A stretch of 29,357 bases of DNA from Nannocystis sp. (GTDB taxonomy: Bacteria > Myxococcota_A > Polyangia > Nannocystales > Nannocystaceae). The position numbers and the translations under genes were made by a program. This document shows, in pieces, positions 15,800 to 23,220 of this stretch; position 1 is the first letter of the stretch; each line of letters starts with the position of its first letter. Below the pieces are notes generated by a model. It made no database searches, was not told the origin of the DNA, and saw only the letters and a program-made list of their open reading frames with translations. The stretch spans positions 388,669-418,025 of the forward strand of contig NZ_JADJNN010000008.1 of NCBI RefSeq assembly GCF_016714285.1, read 5' to 3'.

Positions 15800-17173
15800 C
15801 TAGACCTTGAGGCCCGCGAGCGGTCCGGTGCTGTCGTCGCCGAAGCTCGGCGTCGGCACCTCGAAGGCCTCGGCGATCGAGATGAAGAGGTTGGCGAGCG
15901 GGGTCTTGTCCGGGACCTTGAGGTGGCGGCCCGGCGTGATCGCGCCGCCGAGCTTGCCGGCGACCAGCACGGGCAGGTCATCGTGGTTGTGGGCGTTGCC
16001 GTCCGCGATCTCCGAGCTCAGATAGACCACGGTGTTGTCGAGCAGGGTGCCGTCGCCGTCGGGGCTGTCCTTGAGCTTCTGCAGCAGTTTGGCGAACTGC
16101 GCGACCTCCCAGGTGTCGATGATCTCGAGCTTGGCGAAGTTCTCGGGCAGGTCCTGGTGGTGGCTGATCTCGTGGTGGGCCCCCGGGGCGCCGATGAACG
16201 CGTGGTCGCGGCCGCTGCCGGCGTTCTCGAGCATGAAGGAGATGACGCGGGTCTGGTCGCACTGCAGCGACAGCACCATCAGCTCGGTCATGAGGTCGAC
16301 GTGGGTCGCGTGGTCCTGGTAGGCGCCGGAGAACATCGCCGGCAGCTCGCAGACGGCCTCGGTCTTCTCGTTGCTGACCCGCTTCTCGAGGTCGCGCAGG
16401 CCGGTGAGGTACTGCTCTAACTTGTCGCGGTCGGTCTTGCCGAGCTTCTTCTGCAGATCGAGCACCTGGTCGTTGGCGTAGTCGATGACGCTGAGGCGGT
16501 TGGCGTGGCGGATCGCCAGCTGCTCGGCGGTCGCGTCGGGGTCGAAGCCGGAGAACAGCAGGTCGAAGATCACCTGCGGGTCGGACAGCTTGGGCAGCGG
16601 CGTCTTCGGGTCGGCCCACGAGATGTTGCTGGTGTAGGCGCACGAGTAGCCGCTGTCGCAGTTGCCCATGGTGCCGCCGCTGGCGGTGCCGAACTGCAGC
16701 GAGCGGTGCGGCGTCGCGTCGCCGATCTGGTTGGCGATCAGCTGGTCGATCGAGATGTTGTTGACGAAGTCGACCTCGGACTTGAGCACGTGCGTGCAGG
16801 TGAGGAAGGCCGAGGTGCCGCCGGCGTGGTCGCCGGGGCCCTCCGGCTTGGCCGGCAGGTTGGCCAGGCCGCTCAGGACCAGCACGTCGCCCTTGAGGTC
16901 GACCATCGCGTTGGCGTCGACCAGCGGCGCCAGGATCTTGGTGAGCGCGTAGTCGGGGCCCTCGCTGGCCGGGGTCCACGAGGGCATGTGGATGCCGCAG
17001 GGCAGGTAATAGAACAGGGCGCGCAGCGGCGAGGGCATCGGCGCTGCGCTGGCGCGTCCTCCGACTTTGGGCGCGAGCGCCTCGAGCCAGGGCAGGGCGA
17101 TCAGGGCGCCGGCGCCTCCGAGCATGGCCCGGCGAGACAGAGTGCGGCGAGGAGGGGTGGAGCTGCGCGTCAT
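15800..17173 (-). CDS. Tat-signal protein of the DUF1552 family (it may instead be the related DUF1501 family). This is the usual partner of PSD/PSCyt3 multi-domain proteins.
   Basis: The ORF track extends it to 17701 through an Arg/Pro-rich shadow. I place the start at ATG 17173-17171, where MTRSSTPPRRTLSRRAMLGGAGALIALPWLEALA is a twin-arginine signal with the typical ALPxLE motif. AGGAGA is 8 nt upstream. It contains an HHEISHH histidine cluster. It sits 32 nt downstream of the PSD/PSCyt3 gene on the same strand. Confidence 0.8.
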   Translation of the reverse strand: MTRSSTPPRRTLSRRAMLGGAGALIALPWLEALAPKVGGRASAAPMPSPLRALFYYLPCGIHMPSWTPASEGPDYALTKILAPLVDANAMVDLKGDVLVLSGLANLPAKPEGPGDHAGGTSAFLTCTHVLKSEVDFVNNISIDQLIANQIGDATPHRSLQFGTASGGTMGNCDSGYSCAYTSNISWADPKTPLPKLSDPQVIFDLLFSGFDPDATAEQLAIRHANRLSVIDYANDQVLDLQKKLGKTDRDKLEQYLTGLRDLEKRVSNEKTEAVCELPAMFSGAYQDHATHVDLMTELMVLSLQCDQTRVISFMLENAGSGRDHAFIGAPGAHHEISHHQDLPENFAKLEIIDTWEVAQFAKLLQKLKDSPDGDGTLLDNTVVYLSSEIADGNAHNHDDLPVLVAGKLGGAITPGRHLKVPDKTPLANLFISIAEAFEVPTPSFGDDSTGPLAGLKV

Positions 17174-17205
17174 GGTGGTGGTTCTCCTGGGCTCGCGGGC
17201 GCGGT

Positions 17206-19374
17206 TCACATCGAGGGGTCGCCGCGGCGCTGGCGGAAGGCGTCGGAGGTGACGAGGCTGACGACGAGGTCGGCGAAGCGGTACTCGCCGGTCTCGAAGC
17301 CCGCGACGACCTCGTCGAGGTAGGGGATGTCGGCCAGCGCGGTCGCCCGGCCGAGCGCGTAGATGAAGGTCTTGCGGGCGACGCAGCGGGTGAAGTCGGG
17401 CTCGCTGCTGATCAGCGTCTGCATCTCGAGGCCGTCGACGAAGGGCTTGCCGTCCGGGAGGGTGCCGCTCGGGTCGATCGTCAGCCCCTTCTCGTCGGCT
17501 CGCCAGGCGCCGAGCGGGTCGTAGTGCTCGAGGCCGAAGCCGAGCGGGTCCATGGCGACGTGGCAGCCGGCGCACTTGGGGTCGGCGCGGTGGGCCTCGA
17601 GGATCTCGCGCTGCGTCTTGCCCTCCACCGGGTCGAGCTTGGTGTCGACGCCGGGCGGCGGCGGCGGCGGGACCTGACACAGCAGGTTCTCCAGCACCCA
17701 CTTGCCGCGCTTGACCGGCGAGGTGTGATCGGCGTGCGAGAGCACGGTCATCAGGCCGGCCTTGTTGAGGATGCCCTGGAACGGCAGCTCACCGAGATCG
17801 GCCTCGACGAAGTCGGGCCCGAACGCGCCCTGCAGGCCGTAGTGGGCCGCCAGGCGCTGGTCGACGAAGGTCTTCTTGCTGGTCAGGAGCTCGAGCATGC
17901 TGCGCTCACCGGCGAAGAAGCTGGCCGCGAACAGCCGCATCTCGGTGCGCATCGAGGCCTTCATGCCGTCGTCCCACTGCGGGTAGAGCAGGACGTCCTT
18001 GAAGGCGAGGTTGACGTTGCGGATCAGCCACCACTGGCCGGCGAAGTTGTCGATGAGGGCGACGGCCCGCGGGTCCTCGAGCATGCGCCGGGCCTGCAGC
18101 TCGACCTGCTTCGGGTCCTGCAAGTTGCCCTGGTCGGCGGCCAGCAGCAGCTCGTCGTCGGGCATGCTGCTCCACAGGAAGTAGGACAGGCGCGAGGCGA
18201 GCTCGTGGTCGGCGAGCGGGTGCGGCGTGAGGTCGGTCGGGGTCGGGTCGAGCTCGACGCGGAACACGAAGTGCGGCGAGACGAGCACCGCCTGGAGGGC
18301 GACGCGCAGGCCGGCCTCGAAGTCCTGACCGGCGGCCTTGGCCTCGCTGATGAACTGGTAGAGGCGCTCGACCTCGGCGTCGCTGATCGGGCGGCGCCAG
18401 GCCCGACGGGCGAAGGCGCGGAGGATCTCGCGGCCGCAGCTGTCCTCGCCGTCGACCACGGGGTCGCAGATCATGATGCGCTTGCGCTGCTCGTTCTCCC
18501 CCATCACCAGGTCCTGCGGGCCCTCGACGCTGAACCAGTCGACCAGCAGGTTGCGGTCGGCCATCAGCATCTCGTCGTAGTAGTCGTTGGTGAACTCGAC
18601 CGCGAACTTGTGCAGGCCGGCGGTGGCCTCGATCTCGACCTCGTAGATCGCGGCGGCGTTCTCGACCGCGTCGGTGTCGACCATGAAGACCGGCACCTGG
18701 TCGACGGTGAGGTTGACGTGGGGGAGGTCGGGTCCGGCCTGCTGACCCCAGACGCGGGCGCGAAACAGGTACTTGCCGGCGTAGGGCAGCTCGATGGTCT
18801 GGTACACCTCGCCGTTGGAGTAGAGGTTCCAGGCGTCGCCCGACTGCTGACCGACCGAGGCGAGGGCGGTCTCCGCCTCGATCTGGAACTTGGTCGGGTC
18901 GGTGATCGGGATCGCCATCGCCTCGGCGATGAGGCCGTCGGCGGCGCGCTCATACAGCTCGGCCTGCAGCGGCGAGGTGCTGAGCACGTCGGCGATGTTG
19001 TCGAAGCCGAGGCCGAAGTCGTCGGCAGGGAACGCGTCGGCCGGGGTCTGGCTGGTGCCGAGCAGGTCGCGGACGGTGTTGTTGTACTCGTTGCGGTTGA
19101 GGCGGTGGATCGTGACGCGGCCGGGGTCGTCGGCCTCGCCGCCGCTCTCGGCGGTGTCGGTGGCCGTGGTGTCGTCGCCGACCGAGGTGGTCGGCGGCGT
19201 GTCTGTCGCGGAGCCGGGCTCGGTGGCGGCGCCGGTCGCCTCGCTCGCGCTGCCCTGACTCGAGTCGCCGCAGCCGCTCACGGCGACGAACAGCGCGAGG
19301 CCCCACGTCGCGCCGCCGAGCGCGGCGAGGTCCGATCGACAGAGGATGTTGCGGTGGTGCAGGGAAGCCATCAC
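17206..19374 (-). CDS. Multi-domain DUF1587/DUF1595/DUF1592/DUF1588(PSCyt3)/DUF1585 lipoprotein (Planctomycete-type PSD/PSCyt family) with a CxxCH heme-binding-like motif.
   Basis: Lipoprotein signal (LALFVAVSGC). DUF1587-like RLNRNEYNNTVRDLLG. DUF1595/1592-like LASRLSYFLWSSMPDDELL. PSCyt3-like KCAGCHVAMDPLGFGLEHYDPLGAWR. The poly-Pro stretch CQVPPPPPPGVD is typical of the family. Confidence 0.85.
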   Translation of the reverse strand: MMASLHHRNILCRSDLAALGGATWGLALFVAVSGCGDSSQGSASEATGAATEPGSATDTPPTTSVGDDTTATDTAESGGEADDPGRVTIHRLNRNEYNNTVRDLLGTSQTPADAFPADDFGLGFDNIADVLSTSPLQAELYERAADGLIAEAMAIPITDPTKFQIEAETALASVGQQSGDAWNLYSNGEVYQTIELPYAGKYLFRARVWGQQAGPDLPHVNLTVDQVPVFMVDTDAVENAAAIYEVEIEATAGLHKFAVEFTNDYYDEMLMADRNLLVDWFSVEGPQDLVMGENEQRKRIMICDPVVDGEDSCGREILRAFARRAWRRPISDAEVERLYQFISEAKAAGQDFEAGLRVALQAVLVSPHFVFRVELDPTPTDLTPHPLADHELASRLSYFLWSSMPDDELLLAADQGNLQDPKQVELQARRMLEDPRAVALIDNFAGQWWLIRNVNLAFKDVLLYPQWDDGMKASMRTEMRLFAASFFAGERSMLELLTSKKTFVDQRLAAHYGLQGAFGPDFVEADLGELPFQGILNKAGLMTVLSHADHTSPVKRGKWVLENLLCQVPPPPPPGVDTKLDPVEGKTQREILEAHRADPKCAGCHVAMDPLGFGLEHYDPLGAWRADEKGLTIDPSGTLPDGKPFVDGLEMQTLISSEPDFTRCVARKTFIYALGRATALADIPYLDEVVAGFETGEYRFADLVVSLVTSDAFRQRRGDPSM

Positions 19375-19521
19375 GCACGGTTATCGAGGCCGCCTCCGGG
19401 GCTGTCAACGGTCGCCCCGGGCCCCCAGAGCGTCGTTTCGCGCGGGTTTTGCGGGCCTTGAGGGCGCGGGCGCGGTCGCCTTGTGGCGGTGTTTTGAGCC
19501 ATGCCTGCGGCCACGCGGGCC

Positions 19522-19550
19522 TTGAGCGGTGAGCAGGCGGCGCGTAGTCT
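19522..19550 (+). promoter_or_regulatory. Candidate sigma-70-like promoter TTGAGC-17 nt-TAGTCT immediately upstream of the 19560 ATG. The leader would be near-leaderless or very short.
   Basis: Read directly: cTTGAGCggtgagcaggcggcgcgTAGTCTgaaggccgcATG. GGGCCTTGAG also occurs at 19457-19466 in the same divergent intergenic region. Confidence 0.25.
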
Positions 19551-19559
19551 GAAGGCCGC

Positions 19560-20645
19560 ATGCGTGGGGTCCTTGGTCTGGTAGCCGGGCTGGTTGCGAT
19601 CGCGGGGGCCGCTGGCTGCCTCGTCGTGAAGATCGACACCAGCGACTCGCTGACCGACCTGTCGCTCAGCGACACGCTGACCGACAGCTTCACCCTGACC
19701 TCGAGCCCGACCGACACCCTGCCGACCGGCGATCCGACCGGCGATCCGACCAGCGTGACGGACACGGACACGGACACGGACACCACGCCGGGGGTGTGCG
19801 GCGACGGGCAGGTCGGGGTCGGTGAGGCCTGCGACGACGGTGACGCGGACAACAGCGACGAGTGCCTGGCGAGCTGCGAAGTCGCGAGCTGCGGCGACGG
19901 CTTCGTGCACGCGGGCGTCGAGGCCTGCGACGACGGCAACCAGAACGGCGGCGACGGCTGCGAGCCCGACTGCACCCTCGGCGAGTGTGGCGACGGCGTG
20001 GTCCAGGGCGGCGAGCAGTGCGACGACGGCAACGGCGACAACGCCGACGATTGCCTGGCCACCTGTCTGAACGCGAGCTGCGGCGACGGCTTCGTGCGCG
20101 CCGGCGTCGAGGCCTGCGACGACGGCAACGCCAGCGACACCGACGCGTGCGTGCAGGGCTGCGTGGCGGCGAGCTGCGGCGACGGCTTCGTGCAGGCCGG
20201 CACGGAGCAGTGCGACGACGGCAACCAGACGCCGGGCGACGGCTGCGACAACTGCATCAGCGACGCCCTGCCGCCGGAGTGTCAGGGCATCGCGGTGCTG
20301 CAGGAGGCCTCGCGCAACGTCAGCGCCGGCACGGACGAGGTCGAGTGCGATCTCGAGCTCCCCGTCGAGGGCCAGTGGTCGCGCTTCTCGGGCCCCGCGG
20401 GCACGACCATGCCGACGGTCGCGCCGCCGGAGTTCGCCTGCGGGACGCACGCCCCGGGCTGGCTCAATGGTGCGATCCCCGTGCTGGCCGACGGCATCGT
20501 CGCGCGAGACGTGTGTTTCCACTGGGAGGGCAACACCTGCAACTGGAAGGTCCCGATCTCGGTGCGCAACTGCGGGCCCTTCGTGATGTTCAAGCTGATG
20601 CCAGTGCCGACCTGCGCCCTGCGCTACTGCGGCAGCGAAGGTTGA
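19560..20645 (+). CDS. Lipoprotein with five Myxococcus cysteine-rich repeats (TIGR02232-type C-G-D-G...E-x-C-D-D-G-N...D-x-C) and a C-terminal Cys/Trp-containing domain of unknown function.
   Basis: Signal plus lipobox ([20 protein letters not shown]). D/T/S-rich linker (TDTDTDTDT). Repeats [27 protein letters not shown] / [28 protein letters not shown] / [27 protein letters not shown] / [28 protein letters not shown] / [27 protein letters not shown]. The repeats are also visible as ~57-nt near-identical DNA blocks, for example 19882-19938 versus 20075-20131. Confidence 0.85.
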   Translation: MRGVLGLVAGLVAIAGAAGCLVVKIDTSDSLTDLSLSDTLTDSFTLTSSPTDTLPTGDPTGDPTSVTDTDTDTDTTPGVCGDGQVGVGEACDDGDADNSDECLASCEVASCGDGFVHAGVEACDDGNQNGGDGCEPDCTLGECGDGVVQGGEQCDDGNGDNADDCLATCLNASCGDGFVRAGVEACDDGNASDTDACVQGCVAASCGDGFVQAGTEQCDDGNQTPGDGCDNCISDALPPECQGIAVLQEASRNVSAGTDEVECDLELPVEGQWSRFSGPAGTTMPTVAPPEFACGTHAPGWLNGAIPVLADGIVARDVCFHWEGNTCNWKVPISVRNCGPFVMFKLMPVPTCALRYCGSEG

Positions 20646-20672
20646 CCGCGCCGGGCGAGTGCGCGGATAACG

Positions 20673-21800
20673 GTGAGGATGTCCGCCGCGCCGCGTCCCT
20701 GGTCCCTCGCGCTGTCCTTCCTCGTGATCGGGGCCTGCGGGCGCGGGGAGCTCGCGGTGACCGAGAGCGGATCGAGCAGCGGCGGCAGCACCGACGACGT
20801 GACGACGACGGGCGCGCCCACGACCATGCCGCCGACCACCACGGTCACGCCGACCACGTCGCTGACCAGCGGGGACCCGACCAGCGAGAGCGACACCAGC
20901 ACCAGCAGCAGCAGCGGCGATACCAGCACTGGCACTACGGGCACGGTCGAGACCGGCGGCAGCAGCAGCGGCGGCGCGAGCAGCAGCGGATCGAGCGGAG
21001 GCGACACTGGCGGCAACAGCTGCTGCGTCGCCAGCGACGCGCCCGGCTGCGACGACGTGAAGGCCGAGGCATGCGTGTGCGCGGCGGCGCCGGAGTGCTG
21101 CGCCGACGCTTGGAGCCTGGGCTGCGTGGCCAAGGTCGACCTGCTCGGCTGCGGCGACTGCGGCGGGCCGCCGCCGAAGGGCGAGTGCTGCGAGGTCGGC
21201 GTGGTGCCCGGCTGCAGCGATCCCGCGATCGAGGTCTGTGTGTGCGAGCAGATGCCGGAGTGCTGCTCGGACGTCTGGACGGCCGAGTGCGCGGCGGGGA
21301 TCGAGGGCCTGATGTGCGGCAGCTGTGGTCCGGGCCCCGAGGCGTGCTGCGAGGTGCAGCAGACCCCGGGCTGCCCGAGCCCGCAGATCGAGGACTGCGT
21401 GTGTGTGGTCGACGCGTTCTGCTGCGAGTCGGCGTGGGACGATATCTGCGTCGGTGAGGTCGACAGCCTCGGCTGCGCGATGTGCCCGGTGCCGGTCGGG
21501 CCCTGCTGTGAGGGCAGCGGCGGGCTCGGCTGCGAGGACCCGGGCATCACCGCCTGCGTGTGCGCGGCGATGCCGAGCTGCTGCGACAGCGAGTGGACGG
21601 CCGAGTGCGCGGCGATGGTCGAGCCGCTCGGCTGCGCGATGTGCCCGAGCAACTGCTGCGTGGCGCACGGGGACCCCGGCTGCGAGGAGCCAGCCGTGAA
21701 CGACTGCGTGTGCGCCCAGGACAGCTTCTGCTGCACGGACTTCTGGGACGATATCTGCGTCTCGGAGGTCGAGGGGCTGGGCTGCGGCAGCTGTGCGTGA
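20673..21800 (+). CDS. Lipoprotein carrying five tandem copies of an apparently unnamed ~48-aa repeat with 10 cysteines each: CC-x6-GC-x7-CVC-x5-CC-x3-W-x3-C-x7-GC-x2-C.
   Basis: Signal plus lipobox (LALSFLVIGAC). Long S/T/G tether. Repeats begin CCVASDAPGCDD..., CCEVGVVPGCSD..., CCEVQQTPGCPS..., CCEGSGGLGCED..., CCVAHGDPGCEE..., each with conserved CVC, a PECC/FCC pair, W and LGC-x-x-C. GTG 20673 and ATG 20679 are alternative starts. Confidence 0.75.
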   Translation: MRMSAAPRPWSLALSFLVIGACGRGELAVTESGSSSGGSTDDVTTTGAPTTMPPTTTVTPTTSLTSGDPTSESDTSTSSSSGDTSTGTTGTVETGGSSSGGASSSGSSGGDTGGNSCCVASDAPGCDDVKAEACVCAAAPECCADAWSLGCVAKVDLLGCGDCGGPPPKGECCEVGVVPGCSDPAIEVCVCEQMPECCSDVWTAECAAGIEGLMCGSCGPGPEACCEVQQTPGCPSPQIEDCVCVVDAFCCESAWDDICVGEVDSLGCAMCPVPVGPCCEGSGGLGCEDPGITACVCAAMPSCCDSEWTAECAAMVEPLGCAMCPSNCCVAHGDPGCEEPAVNDCVCAQDSFCCTDFWDDICVSEVEGLGCGSCA

Positions 21801-21801
21801 C

Positions 21802-23103
21802 TCACTCGACGGTGGCGATCAGCTCCTTGAACTTCGGCGCGTGGGTCATCTCTTGCAGCTGCACGGCGGGCCGCGGCATCGCCTCGCCGCCGCGCAGCTT
21901 GCCGAGGTGGTCGCTCCAGCGGGTGTCTGACGGGTAGATGACGACGCTCGGCAGGGTCTTGCTGTGGAAGGCCCGCTGCATGGCGAGCTTGCCGTCGTCG
22001 GCGCTGGTGACGTCGATCTTGATCAGCTCGAAGCGGGCATTGAGGAGCGGCTCGACGCTGGGGTCGTGGAAGGTGAGCTTGTCCATCTCGAGGCAGGGGG
22101 CGCACCAGGTCGCGCCGAAGTCGATCACGACCGGGAGGTGGCGCTCCTCGGCGGAGCGCAGCGCGGCCTCGAGGCCGGCGCTGTCCTCGACCGTCCGCCA
22201 GGCGCCGCTCGGGACGTAGATCATGTTGTTGATCGCTATCTGGGCGCCCAGCACGGTGAGCGCGACGGCGACGCCCTTGCCGAGCTTCTCGCCGAGGCCG
22301 CCGTAGAAGCTGCGGTGGATCGCGCCGCCGAGCAGGCCGGCGAGGGCGAGCGCGACGCCGAGGTAGAGGCCCCAGGTCGGGTCGGTCATGAAGCGGCGCA
22401 GCGCCGGCGACAGCGGGGCGACGAACCACAGGGCCATGACCACGAGGGCGATGCCGAAGAAGCTCTTGACGTACTCCATCCAGCGGCCGGGGCGAAACAG
22501 GCTGGCCCCGAGCGCGACGGCGAAGAACAGGCTGCCCATGCCGAGCGCGTAGGTGAAGAGGAGCGAGCCGCCGTGGAACACGCCGCCGCCGTCGGCCGAG
22601 GACGCGGCGATGTACGCGAGCAGCGAGAGCAGCACCGGGCCGGTGCAGGGCGCCGAGATGAAGCCGCTGACGAGGCCCATGCCGAAGGCGCCGAGCGGAC
22701 CGGCGCCGCCGACCGAGTTGAGCCGCGTCTGCAGGGAGCTCGGCAGCTGGAGGTCGAAGGCGCCGAACATGCTGGCCGCGAGGGCGAGCAGGAGGCCGAC
22801 GATCGGCAGCACCACGACGGGCTCGCCGAGCCAGGCCCCGAACTGGCCGCCGGTCAACGCGACGACGATGCCGAGGGTCGTGTAGAGCGAGGCCATGCCG
22901 AGCACGTAGGCGCTGGCGAGGAACAGCGCGCGCCCGCGTGACACGCCCTGGGCCCCGAACACGGCGACGGTGATCGGGATCAGCGGGTACACGCAGGGGG
23001 TGAGGTCGACCAGGACGCCCTGACCGAAGGCCCAGGCGTAGGTGCCGAGAGTGGCCGCCTGGAGGCCGTCGGGCGCGAGGAGGGAGGCGAGGAGTGTCGT
23101 CAT
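21802..23103 (-). CDS. DsbD/CcdA-type thiol:disulfide electron transporter fused to a C-terminal thioredoxin domain (WCAPC). It lacks the N-terminal DsbD-alpha domain.
   Basis: Polytopic membrane core with the two conserved CcdA/DsbD cysteines (DLTPCVYPLIP and FISAPCTGPVLL). C-terminal periplasmic thioredoxin fold VIDFGATWCAPCLEMDK. Its stop (21802-21804) lies 1 nt from the convergent stop of the Cys-repeat lipoprotein gene. Confidence 0.85.
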   Translation of the reverse strand: MTTLLASLLAPDGLQAATLGTYAWAFGQGVLVDLTPCVYPLIPITVAVFGAQGVSRGRALFLASAYVLGMASLYTTLGIVVALTGGQFGAWLGEPVVVLPIVGLLLALAASMFGAFDLQLPSSLQTRLNSVGGAGPLGAFGMGLVSGFISAPCTGPVLLSLLAYIAASSADGGGVFHGGSLLFTYALGMGSLFFAVALGASLFRPGRWMEYVKSFFGIALVVMALWFVAPLSPALRRFMTDPTWGLYLGVALALAGLLGGAIHRSFYGGLGEKLGKGVAVALTVLGAQIAINNMIYVPSGAWRTVEDSAGLEAALRSAEERHLPVVIDFGATWCAPCLEMDKLTFHDPSVEPLLNARFELIKIDVTSADDGKLAMQRAFHSKTLPSVVIYPSDTRWSDHLGKLRGGEAMPRPAVQLQEMTHAPKFKELIATVE

Positions 23104-23220
23104 GGCCAGCGCCTAACCATACGCCGTCGGCCCGGAGTCTGACCCGCCGTGTTGCGGGTGGCGATCGGAGTTAGGCCACGCGCGGGCCCGGGAATACGGA
23201 ATTTGGCCAGGCGGGGGTCG

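Noticed and set aside
13962-15803. ORFs 13962..15023 (-), 14168..14701 (+), 14723..15160 (+), 14989..15741 (-), 15177..15803 (+) and 15217..15705 (+).
   Set aside because: They are shadows of the serine-hydrolase gene and of the 15060..15692 gene. Only those two frames show protein-like composition and strong GC3 bias.
15745-15981. 78-aa minus ORF 15745..15981 reading ...PVPRDRRLVPVSRDR across the palindromes.
   Set aside because: The peptide is an artefact of translating the palindromic DNA. It is in a different frame from the DUF1552-like gene, whose stop is at 15800-15802.
17174-17701. N-terminal 176-aa extension of the DUF1552-like ORF in the track (start 17701).
   Set aside because: The extension is Arg/Pro-rich junk that overlaps the upstream gene's 3' end. 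An internal ATG at 17173 is followed by a canonical Tat signal and preceded by AGGAGA.
15978-19461. ORFs 15978..16979 (-, alt frame), 16505..17323 (+) and 17524..19461 (+, 645 aa).
   Set aside because: They are off-frame or antisense shadows of the DUF1552-like and PSD/PSCyt3 genes.
19371-22941. ORFs 19371..21668 (-, 765 aa), 19862..21457 (+, 531 aa), 18950..20257 (-), 20624..22429 (-, 601 aa) and 21964..22941 (+).
   Set aside because: They are shadows across the two Cys-rich lipoprotein genes and the DsbD-Trx gene. They lack signal peptides and domains, and the supported frames explain the region.
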